A stretch of DNA of 64,000 nt from Clostridia bacterium (lineage in GTDB: Bacteria; Bacillota; Clostridia; TANB77; CAG-508), in NCBI GenBank assembly GCA_017430135.1, contig JAFRNM010000007.1, positions 6,266 through 70,265 of the forward strand, in the 5' to 3' direction. The translations under genes and the position numbers were made by a program. Shown here in pieces: positions 45,727 through 52,899 of this stretch. Each line of letters begins with the position of its first letter. Within the stretch, counting starts at the first letter, position 1. Below the pieces are notes generated by a model. The model was not told the origin of the DNA. It was given only the letters and a program-made list of their open reading frames with translations, and ran no database searches.

Positions 45727-45755
45727 TTGACAAAAGTTGGAAAAAGTATTAAAAT
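45727..45755 (+). promoter_or_regulatory. sigmaA-type promoter of the infC operon
   Basis: TTGACA, 17 nt spacer, TAAAAT. Confidence 0.6.
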
Positions 45756-45761
45756 AGATTT

Positions 45762-45886
45762 TGTTACAAGAAGAAATTAAAAGTTTCTCACCTTATCTTA
45801 AGGAAAAAGGTTAAACATATTTCAAATAGCGAAACGCTATTACTATGTTTAATTGACTTGTAACAAAGTCAATTTTTTTATTTTTT
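45762..45886 (+). promoter_or_regulatory. ribosomal protein L20 leader-like attenuator upstream of infC-rpmI-rplT
   Basis: About 125-nt leader ending in AATTGACTTTGTTACAAGTCAATT-type hairpin (AATTGACTTG-TAAC-AAAGTCAATT) followed by TTTTTTTATTTTTT. Position matches the Firmicute L20 leader. Family not verified. Confidence 0.5.
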
Positions 45887-45899
45887 GGAGGTGTTTTTT

Positions 45900-46418
45900 A
45901 TAAAACAGGAATTACCAATTAATGGTCAAATTAGAGCAAAAGAAGTTCAATTGATAGGGGCTCAAGGAGAAAAATTAGGAGTAGTTAGTTTCAGAGAAGC
46001 TATGGAAAAAGCTGAAGAAGCAAATTTGGATTTAGTATTAGTTGCGCCAAATGCAACACCAGTAGTTTGCAAAATAATGAACTATGGAAAATACAAATTT
46101 GAACAAGCTAAAAAAGAAAAAGAAGCTAAGAAAAAACAAAAAGTTCTAGAAGTTAAAGAATTAAGAGTTACTCCAAACATCGAAAAACATGATTTTGAAT
46201 TTAAATGTAGAAATGCAAAAAAATTCTTAGAAGATGGAAATAAAGTAAAAATAACTGTAAGATTTAGAGGAAGAGAAGTAAACAATGCAAAAGCTGGAGA
46301 AGTTGTTTTAAATAACTTTATCGAGCAACTAGCTGAAGTAAGCCAAGTAGAAAAGGCACCTAAGCTAGAAGGAAGAAATATGTTTACTATACTAGCTAAA
46401 AAGACTGACGGAAAATAA
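45900..46418 (+). CDS. infC: translation initiation factor IF-3, probable non-AUG (ATA) start
   Basis: IKQELPINGQIRAKEVQLIG matches the IF-3 N-terminus. GGAGG at 45887-45891 lies 8 nt before ATA 45900. The in-frame TTG 45885 and GTG 45891 overlap or abut the RBS. Confidence 0.8.
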   Translation: MKQELPINGQIRAKEVQLIGAQGEKLGVVSFREAMEKAEEANLDLVLVAPNATPVVCKIMNYGKYKFEQAKKEKEAKKKQKVLEVKELRVTPNIEKHDFEFKCRNAKKFLEDGNKVKITVRFRGREVNNAKAGEVVLNNFIEQLAEVSQVEKAPKLEGRNMFTILAKKTDGK

Positions 46419-46489
46419 TAATGCTAAAAAATCAGATAAATAATCTGATAAAATATAAACAAAAAGAAATGGAAAGGAGCGAAAAGCAA

Positions 46490-46693
46490 ATGCCAAAATT
46501 AAAAACAAATAAAGCAGCTAAAAAGAGATATTCTTTAACAGCTACTGGAAAAGTAAAAAGAACAAAATCAAACAGAAGACACTTACTAGCAAATAAAACA
46601 GCAAGACAAAGAAAATCTGGTAAAGTACAAAATGCTTATGCAGATAAAACATGTGAAAATACAATTAAAAAATTATTACCATATGGTAACTAA
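46490..46693 (+). CDS. rpmI: 50S ribosomal protein L35
   Basis: MPKLKTNKAAKKRYSLTATGKVKRTKSNRRH behind AAAGGAG. The track ORF start 46421 is upstream of the RBS. Confidence 0.88.
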   Translation: MPKLKTNKAAKKRYSLTATGKVKRTKSNRRHLLANKTARQRKSGKVQNAYADKTCENTIKKLLPYGN

Positions 46694-46815
46694 GAATTTT
46701 TGGGGACGGGTACAAAAAATACGGTTTTTCGTTTTTTGGAAGACACATCCCATTGCAAAAATTGTTAGAATGAAATATTTGATATTAGAAAATAAATAAG
46801 GAAGGTGAAAATAAA

Positions 46816-47166
46816 ATGGCAAGAGTAAAAACAGCTAGAACAACAAGAGCAAGACACAAAAAAATATTAAAAAGAGCAAAAGGATATTATGGTGCAAAAC
46901 ACTATAGATTTAGAAATGCAAACCAAGCAGTTATGAAATCTTTAAGATATGCATATGTTGGAAGAAAAGATAAAAAAAGCAATTTCAGAAAACTATGGAT
47001 AACAAGAATTAACGCTGCTGCAAGAATGAATGGTTTAACATATAGCAAATTAATAGCTGGATTAAAGAAAGCAAATGTTACAATAAACAGAAAAATGTTA
47101 GCAGAAATCGCTGTAACAGACGAAAAAGCTTTTACAGAAATCGCAGAATTAGCAAAAAAAGCATAA
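46816..47166 (+). CDS. rplT: 50S ribosomal protein L20
   Basis: [28 protein letters not shown]. Confidence 0.92.
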   Translation: MARVKTARTTRARHKKILKRAKGYYGAKHYRFRNANQAVMKSLRYAYVGRKDKKSNFRKLWITRINAAARMNGLTYSKLIAGLKKANVTINRKMLAEIAVTDEKAFTEIAELAKKA

Positions 47167-47183
47167 TTAATTATGCTTTTTTT
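47154..47183 (+). terminator. intrinsic terminator after rplT
   Basis: AGCATAATT/AATTATGCT stem flanked by an A-run and a T-run. Confidence 0.75.
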
Positions 47184-47211
47184 ATTACTTTTTGTGACTT
47201 TTTTTGGATGA

Positions 47212-47237
47212 CTTTTTGGGACACTCTTAAAAATCAA
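47212..47237 (+). repeat. family D half-site, left inverted repeat bracketing the spoVA operon
   Basis: CTTTTTGGGACACTCTTAAAAATCAA. Matches the reverse complement of 49423-49448 at 25 of 26 positions. Confidence 0.85.
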
Positions 47238-47251
47238 GCCCCAATAAAATG

Positions 47252-47644
47252 TTATTGTTTTTTTATTTTAGGCTTTGCAATTAGTGAGGCAATGTAGCCA
47301 AAGAAAACAGCAGCAGCGATTCCACCAGCAGCAGCTTTAACACCGCCAGTAAATACACCAATCAAACCATTTTGTTGAGCTCCTTCAATTGTTCCTTTTG
47401 CTAAATTGTATCCAAAACCTGTAAGGGGAACAGTAGCACCTGCACCAGCAAAGTCAACAACATATTTATAAATCCCAAGTCCACCAAGGATTGCTCCTGT
47501 TGTAACAAATATTACGAGAATTCTTGCTGGAGTAAGTTTTGTTTTATCAATTAAAATTTGACCTATCACACATATTGCTCCACCAACTGCAAAACATTTT
47601 AATAATTGCATCCAATCAAATACATTTGACCAATCTAGATTCAT
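47252..47644 (-). CDS. spoVAE: stage V sporulation protein AE (SpoVAEb type)
   Basis: 130 aa. CFAVGGAICVIGQILID...TVPLTGFGYNLAKG pattern of the SpoVAC/AE family; last gene of the operon. Confidence 0.85.
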   Translation of the reverse strand: MNLDWSNVFDWMQLLKCFAVGGAICVIGQILIDKTKLTPARILVIFVTTGAILGGLGIYKYVVDFAGAGATVPLTGFGYNLAKGTIEGAQQNGLIGVFTGGVKAAAGGIAAAVFFGYIASLIAKPKIKKQ

Positions 47645-47664
47645 TTATATCATTCCTTTCGTAT

Positions 47665-48666
47665 TTAAATTTCAATTGCAACTGCATGGGCAATTCCAGG
47701 GATGCTTTCACCTTGTTGGGAACTTGTAGAATTCATTAAGGCACCGGTTGCAATAAGCAAAAGTTTTTTAACTTTCTTCTCTTTTAATTGTCTAAACCAA
47801 TAACCAGAAAAAACTGACGCGCAGCAACCGCAACCACTTCCACCAGAATGAGTGTCTTGTTTATTTTTGTCAAAAATCATTACACCACAATCGTTGTAAT
47901 TAGATGCAATATTATACCCACGAGATTTAGCAATATCAATAGAAATATCTTTTCCAATATAACCTAAATCTCCACTAATTATTGCATCATAATAACTTGG
48001 ATTTCTGCCGGTATCTTTAAAATGTGTTATTAGTGTATCTACAAAAGCGGGCGCCATAGCAGCTCCCATGTTATTAGCATCTTTTATACCTAAATCGACA
48101 ATTTTTCCGGGGGTGATGTGAGTAATATAAGGACCTTCGCCTTCTTTACTAAGCATAGCAGCTCCACTTCCTGTAACAGTCCATTGAGCTGTTGGTGGCC
48201 TTTGATTTCCTAATTCAAGAGGAAATCTAAATTGTTTTTCTGCACTACAAAAATGACTAGATGTAGCACATATAATATTTTTGGCAAAGCCTTCAACCAA
48301 TATTGAACCAATACATAAACTTTCTGCAAAAGTTGAACAAGCGCCAAAAACTCCTAAATAGGGAATATTGGTATCGCGAAGCCCAAAGCTTGAAGAAATA
48401 CATTGGTTTAGTAAATCGCCAGCAATAACAAAATCTATATCAGTTGTTGCTAAACCTGATTTAGCAATTAAACCTGAAACATTTTCTTTAATAATTTTAC
48501 TTTCTGCTTTTTCCCAAGTTTCTTCACCCCAAAATTCATCTTCTAAAGTTTGGTCAAAATATTTACAAAGCGGACCATCTGCTTCTTTGGGACCAACAAT
48601 ACTAGAGCATACTTTAATTGTTGGTGGAGCATCAAATTTTATAGTTTGTTTTCCTAATTTTTGCAT
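47665..48666 (-). CDS. spoVAD: stage V sporulation protein AD
   Basis: Thiolase-like fold (GVFGACSTFAESL). Start moved to MQKLGKQTIKF, 8 nt after AAAGGA (track start 48684). Confidence 0.88.
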   Translation of the reverse strand: MQKLGKQTIKFDAPPTIKVCSSIVGPKEADGPLCKYFDQTLEDEFWGEETWEKAESKIIKENVSGLIAKSGLATTDIDFVIAGDLLNQCISSSFGLRDTNIPYLGVFGACSTFAESLCIGSILVEGFAKNIICATSSHFCSAEKQFRFPLELGNQRPPTAQWTVTGSGAAMLSKEGEGPYITHITPGKIVDLGIKDANNMGAAMAPAFVDTLITHFKDTGRNPSYYDAIISGDLGYIGKDISIDIAKSRGYNIASNYNDCGVMIFDKNKQDTHSGGSGCGCCASVFSGYWFRQLKEKKVKKLLLIATGALMNSTSSQQGESIPGIAHAVAIEI

Positions 48667-48705
48667 TTTTATATCCTTTCTCATAATTAAAATTTTTTTA
48701 TGAGA

Positions 48706-48899
48706 TATAATATATTAATTTTCAATACCCGCGTAAGCGACCAACCGAAGCGAAGCGTAGGGCGACTGGAGCAACCATCAACAGAATTAGCACAAACATA
48801 CAATTTCTTATAGCGAAGAGCTATTAGAAATTGATAGTTTGTGGTAATTTTTAGATTGAAGGTTGCGACACCAAGGGTTTGAAAATTCATATATTATAT
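48706..48899 (+). repeat. family B copy 5, inside the spoVAC-spoVAD spacer
   Basis: CCGCGTAAGCGACCAACCGAAGCGAAGCGTAGGGCGACTGGAGCAACC, about 85-nt apical hairpin, GGTTGCGACACCAAGG. Arms ATATAATATATTAATTTTCAATAC / GTTTGAAAATTCATATATTATAT. Confidence 0.9.
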
Positions 48900-48925
48900 C
48901 TAATTAATTAGCTTATTACATAATA

Positions 48926-49390
48926 TTAAACAAGTGTAACAGTCTGAGTATTAAAAATTAAAAATATTAGTCCAACAATTATAGCACTGGTAATTCCAAA
49001 AACAAGCACAGGACCGGCAACAGTAAACATTTTGCCACCAACCCCCATAACATATCCTTCTGATTTATACTCCATAGCAGGAGAAACAATTGAATTAGCA
49101 AAACCTGTAATTGGAACTAAAGAACCAGCACCACAAAATTTTCCAATTTTATTAAAAATATTCAGACCAGTCAAAATAGCAGCAATTGCAATTAAAATAA
49201 TAGAAACAATCGTGCCAGAAGTAGTTTGATCAAAACCACGTTCTTTGCATATATTCATAATAATTTGTCCAATAGAACATATCAAACCGCCAGTCCAAAA
49301 AGCATTAAAAATATTTTTCGCAATTGGAGAATTTGGAGATTTTTTATCAACATATTTTTGATATTCTTGTTTAGATTCTGTTGGATCCAT
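48926..49390 (-). CDS. spoVAC: stage V sporulation protein AC
   Basis: FWTGGLICSIGQIIMN...LVPITGFANSIVSPAMEYKSEG. The first two ATGs (49399, 49396) abut the RBS, so ATG 49390 is preferred. Confidence 0.88.
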   Translation of the reverse strand: MDPTESKQEYQKYVDKKSPNSPIAKNIFNAFWTGGLICSIGQIIMNICKERGFDQTTSGTIVSIILIAIAAILTGLNIFNKIGKFCGAGSLVPITGFANSIVSPAMEYKSEGYVMGVGGKMFTVAGPVLVFGITSAIIVGLIFLIFNTQTVTLV

Positions 49391-49422
49391 ATTCATCATC
49401 CTTTCATTTGAATTATTTAACT

Positions 49423-49448
49423 TTGAATTTTAAGAGTGTCCCAAAAAG
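49423..49448 (-). repeat. family D half-site, right inverted repeat bracketing the spoVA operon
   Basis: TTGAATTTTAAGAGTGTCCCAAAAAG on the + strand, i.e. the reverse complement of CTTTTTGGGACACTCTTAAAATTCAA. Confidence 0.85.
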
Positions 49449-49450
49449 TT

Positions 49451-49660
49451 TTAGCGATTTAGGTCTAGTGTGAATCCTAAATCTAAATCTACAAGATATT
49501 TTTCAATCTTATTTCCATCAATTTCTGCTCTTTGCTCTATTACTTTGATTGAAGAAATGTAGTCAATACTTTTTGAGGCTTCTTCAATTGTTTTTACAAT
49601 AGCATCTTTCCAAGAAACATCAGAACTTCCTGTTAGTATTAAATGTTTTTCTATATCCAT
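49451..49660 (-). CDS. dodecin-like small protein
   Basis: MDIEKHLILTGSSDVSWKDAIVKTIEEASKSIDYISSIKVIEQRAEIDGNKIEKYLVDLDLGFTL parallels the dodecin pattern (VGSS..S.EDAI..A...A.KT......EV.E.RG....G....Y.V.L.VGF.L). Confidence 0.6.
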   Translation of the reverse strand: MDIEKHLILTGSSDVSWKDAIVKTIEEASKSIDYISSIKVIEQRAEIDGNKIEKYLVDLDLGFTLDLNR

Positions 49661-49690
49661 TTTTTTCATCCTTTCAAATTTGTTTTTTTA

Positions 49691-49719
49691 TATTATGCTC
49701 AAAAAATTTTTTATTATTC
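49691..49719 (-). promoter_or_regulatory. forespore sigma (G/F)-type promoter candidate upstream of the dodecin-like gene and spoVA operon
   Basis: On the - strand: GAATA, 17 nt spacer, CATAATA, about 25 nt upstream of the dodecin-like start. Confidence 0.4.
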
Positions 49720-49834
49720 TTTTTCTTGTTTAAATTGTAAAAATATGCTATATTATTATAAAAAGCTAAATATTACTATTTTCAAGCAACATTCGGAGGG
49801 CCCGACAATTGTGGTAAAAGAGAAAGGAATAAAA

Positions 49835-51301
49835 ATGATAGATAAACCAAGAGAAATAGCTTTAAAAGCTTTATATAAAATAGAAAAAGAAAATGCATTT
49901 TCAAACATTGCCTTAGATGAAGAACTACATAAAAACTATAAAATATTAAGTGAAAAAGACATTGGATTAATTTCACAAATTGTTTATGGAGTAACAACTT
50001 GGCGTTTATCGTTAGATTGCATTATACAAAAACATTCAAAAATAAAACTAAAAAAGATTTCTCCATGGATTATAAATATTTTAAGAATGGGAATTTATCA
50101 AATAATATTTTTAGACAAAATTCCAAAATCTGCAGCAGTGGATGAAAGTGTGAATTTAGCAAAAAGATATGGGCACAAAACAAGTAGTGGCTTTGTTAAT
50201 GCTATTTTACGAAAAGTTGAACTAAAAGATTATGAAGAATTATTACAAATAGATAATACTGAAAAACAAGAAGAACTACATGATGAAGCGCCAAATAAAA
50301 CGAAAAAAGAAAATTGCCTAAATAAGCAAATAGAAAAAATTTCTAAAACACAATCTATGCCGAAATGGTTAATAGAAAGATTAATAGAAAATAATAGCTT
50401 AGAAAATGTAGAAGAAATATGTAAAAATCTAAATTTAAAACCACAAATTTCCATTAGAATAAATAAACTAAAAACAAATAAACAAGAATTAATAAACAAA
50501 CTAGAAAACAGGAAAATAGAAGTAAAACAGGGAGAATTAGAAGATTTTCTAATAATCAGAAATGTAAAAAATATTGAGAATTTGCAAGAGTTTAAACAAG
50601 GATTTTTTACTGTTCAAGATGAATCAGCAGGACTTGCAGCTTTATTTTTAAACCCTAAAAAAGGTGAAAAAGTTTTAGATGCATGTAGTGCTCCAGGTGG
50701 GAAAACTACACATTTAGCTGAACTAATGAAAAATGAAGGAAAAATAGAGGCGTGGGATATATATGAACATAGATTGAATTTGATAAGAGAAAACTGCCAA
50801 AGACTTGGAGTAAAAATAGTTGAAACAAAAATACAAAATGCAGAAAATCCAATGCAAAATAATTCTAATCAAGAACCAAATCAAAACACTGAAAGTATAA
50901 ATCAGGAATTACCACAATATGACAAAATTTTATTAGACGTTCCATGCATGGGAACAGGTGTAATAAAAAGAAAGCCGGATATAAAATGGCAAAGAAAACC
51001 GGAAGATATAGAAGAAATAACAAAAATACAATTTAACATTTTACAAAATTGTTCTAAATTATTAAAACAAGGTGGAGAACTTGTATACTCAACATGTAGT
51101 ATTTTAAAAGAGGAAAATGAAGAAATTATAGAAAAATTCCTAAAATTAAATCCAAATTTTGAAATAATAACAGAACACGAAATACAAAATTATAAACAAT
51201 TTGAAAAATATTTAAAAGATAAAAAATACTTAAATATATTGCCAAGTAATGAACATGATGGATTTTTTATATGTAAATTAAAATATAAAAATAAAAAATA
51301 A
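49835..51301 (+). CDS. rsmB: 16S rRNA (cytosine-C5)-methyltransferase RsmB
   Basis: ATG 49835 behind AAAGGA. NusB-like N-domain (REIALKALYKIEKENAFSNIAL) and SAM MTase motifs (LDACSAPGGKTTHLA, DVPCMGTG, YSTCS). The track extension to 49643 overlaps the divergent gene. Confidence 0.85.
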   Translation: MIDKPREIALKALYKIEKENAFSNIALDEELHKNYKILSEKDIGLISQIVYGVTTWRLSLDCIIQKHSKIKLKKISPWIINILRMGIYQIIFLDKIPKSAAVDESVNLAKRYGHKTSSGFVNAILRKVELKDYEELLQIDNTEKQEELHDEAPNKTKKENCLNKQIEKISKTQSMPKWLIERLIENNSLENVEEICKNLNLKPQISIRINKLKTNKQELINKLENRKIEVKQGELEDFLIIRNVKNIENLQEFKQGFFTVQDESAGLAALFLNPKKGEKVLDACSAPGGKTTHLAELMKNEGKIEAWDIYEHRLNLIRENCQRLGVKIVETKIQNAENPMQNNSNQEPNQNTESINQELPQYDKILLDVPCMGTGVIKRKPDIKWQRKPEDIEEITKIQFNILQNCSKLLKQGGELVYSTCSILKEENEEIIEKFLKLNPNFEIITEHEIQNYKQFEKYLKDKKYLNILPSNEHDGFFICKLKYKNKK

Positions 51302-51404
51302 AAACATTGACAAAAATAAACATTATTTGTATTATATTTTCAAACGAAAAAGGAAAAAAGCGACAACTGTTTTAGTGGACAGAATATATACTAAGGGGAA
51401 AGTA

Positions 51405-52724
51405 ATGGAAGAAATAAAAGAGGGAAACAAAAGAAAAAGTATTAATGAAATTTTTAATAAACAAATAACAAAAGAAGATGTTAAAAATTTCTTTTTTTCA
51501 AAAGGTCTTTTAAAATATTTAATAATAAATATTTTATATATTCTAATAGGTAGTTATCTTAGAACAATAGATGAACTACTTTTTAGCGATTATTCTAGGG
51601 GCTATATATTTTTGATGTTTATAAATATTATAGCAATAATTATCCATTTAATAAAAAACAAATATCAAAAAAATAGTGCGCATATTTGTGTATTGTTTAT
51701 ATTTGCATTTACTCTGATCTCAACAATGTTTGCTCTTGTGCAAAGGGTAGCGTTGTTAGGATTTCAAGATAGATATGAAGGACTATTTTCCATAGCATAT
51801 TATCTAACACTTCTAATACTAAGTTCATTTATTGACAAAAAACATAAAAAAATAATTGTGAATTGCATAATATTTACGGGAATAATTCAAACTATTTATG
51901 CAATTTTACAAATATACAAAGTACCGGGAATATATAATGGGCATCCAGGTTCTGCACAAGGTTTTATAACAAATCCCAATTTTTTTGGAACATATATGAT
52001 ACTATGTGTTTGCTATTCTCTAGGACTATTTTTAGATGAAGAAAAAATATCTAGAAAAATAATATATGTAGTAACTAGCTTAATTTTAATGATAGGATTA
52101 CTAATAAGTAATGCGTCAAGTGCAGGAGTTGCATATTTATTTGTGTTTATTTACATTTTAATTTTCTGCATAAAAAAGAAAAAAATAGCAAAATTACTAG
52201 CAACAATTGCAATTTTAGCCGTTTCAATAATTATAACAATGAATTTAGGGAAAACAAATATGTTAAATGATTTAAATCAAACTGCAAAGGAAGCGACAGA
52301 AGTGGCTAAAGGCAATACAAATGACAATTTTGGCTCAGGTAGAATGTTTATATGGAAAAACACTTTGCCAATAATTCCTAAATATTTATTACATGGAGCT
52401 GGAGTAGATAATTTCTATTTTGCATTTGGGGATAAACCTCTTCAAACAAGTGATGGAAGAATTTTTTTTGATAAAGCTCATAATGAATATTTACAAACAT
52501 TGGTAACTCAAGGGATTTTTAGCTTGATTTCGTATTTAGCATTATTTGCAATAGTTACCAAAAAAGGAATAAAACATAGTTTTAAACAAAATGAAGTATT
52601 TTTAGTTTTACCTATAATAGGATATTTAGTACAAGCATTTTTTAACATAAGTGTAATAGAAGTTGCTCCAATATTCTATATAGCGCTTGGATTATGTAGC
52701 AGTGTAAGTACAAAAAAAGAATAA
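51405..52724 (+). CDS. O-antigen ligase / Wzy_C family polytopic membrane protein
   Basis: ATG 51405 behind AAGGGGA. About 10 TM segments and the periplasmic-loop motif FDKAHNEYLQTLVTQGIFSL typical of Wzy_C/O-antigen ligase-like proteins. Confidence 0.7.
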   Translation: MEEIKEGNKRKSINEIFNKQITKEDVKNFFFSKGLLKYLIINILYILIGSYLRTIDELLFSDYSRGYIFLMFINIIAIIIHLIKNKYQKNSAHICVLFIFAFTLISTMFALVQRVALLGFQDRYEGLFSIAYYLTLLILSSFIDKKHKKIIVNCIIFTGIIQTIYAILQIYKVPGIYNGHPGSAQGFITNPNFFGTYMILCVCYSLGLFLDEEKISRKIIYVVTSLILMIGLLISNASSAGVAYLFVFIYILIFCIKKKKIAKLLATIAILAVSIIITMNLGKTNMLNDLNQTAKEATEVAKGNTNDNFGSGRMFIWKNTLPIIPKYLLHGAGVDNFYFAFGDKPLQTSDGRIFFDKAHNEYLQTLVTQGIFSLISYLALFAIVTKKGIKHSFKQNEVFLVLPIIGYLVQAFFNISVIEVAPIFYIALGLCSSVSTKKE

Positions 52725-52899
52725 TGATTTTACAATATTACAATTATATTACATTTGCGTGACATTTTAATTATATATATTGACTTTTTTAAAAAAAATA
52801 ATAAAATAAACTTATAAAAAATGACAAATTATTCAAGTATGTAAAATAAGAAAAAAACACAAAATATAAAGAAAAAATGATTTAAAAAAGGAGCTCAAA

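Noticed and set aside
48687-48890. 67-aa ORF on the - strand between spoVAC and spoVAD
   Set aside because: It lies entirely within family B repeat copy 5. Other copies differ by indels that break any common reading frame, and the variation is compensatory for base pairing rather than synonymous.
49643-49834. Upstream extension of rsmB to 49643
   Set aside because: It overlaps the divergent dodecin-like gene and its promoter region. ATG 49835 follows AAAGGA and gives the expected NusB-like N-terminus.
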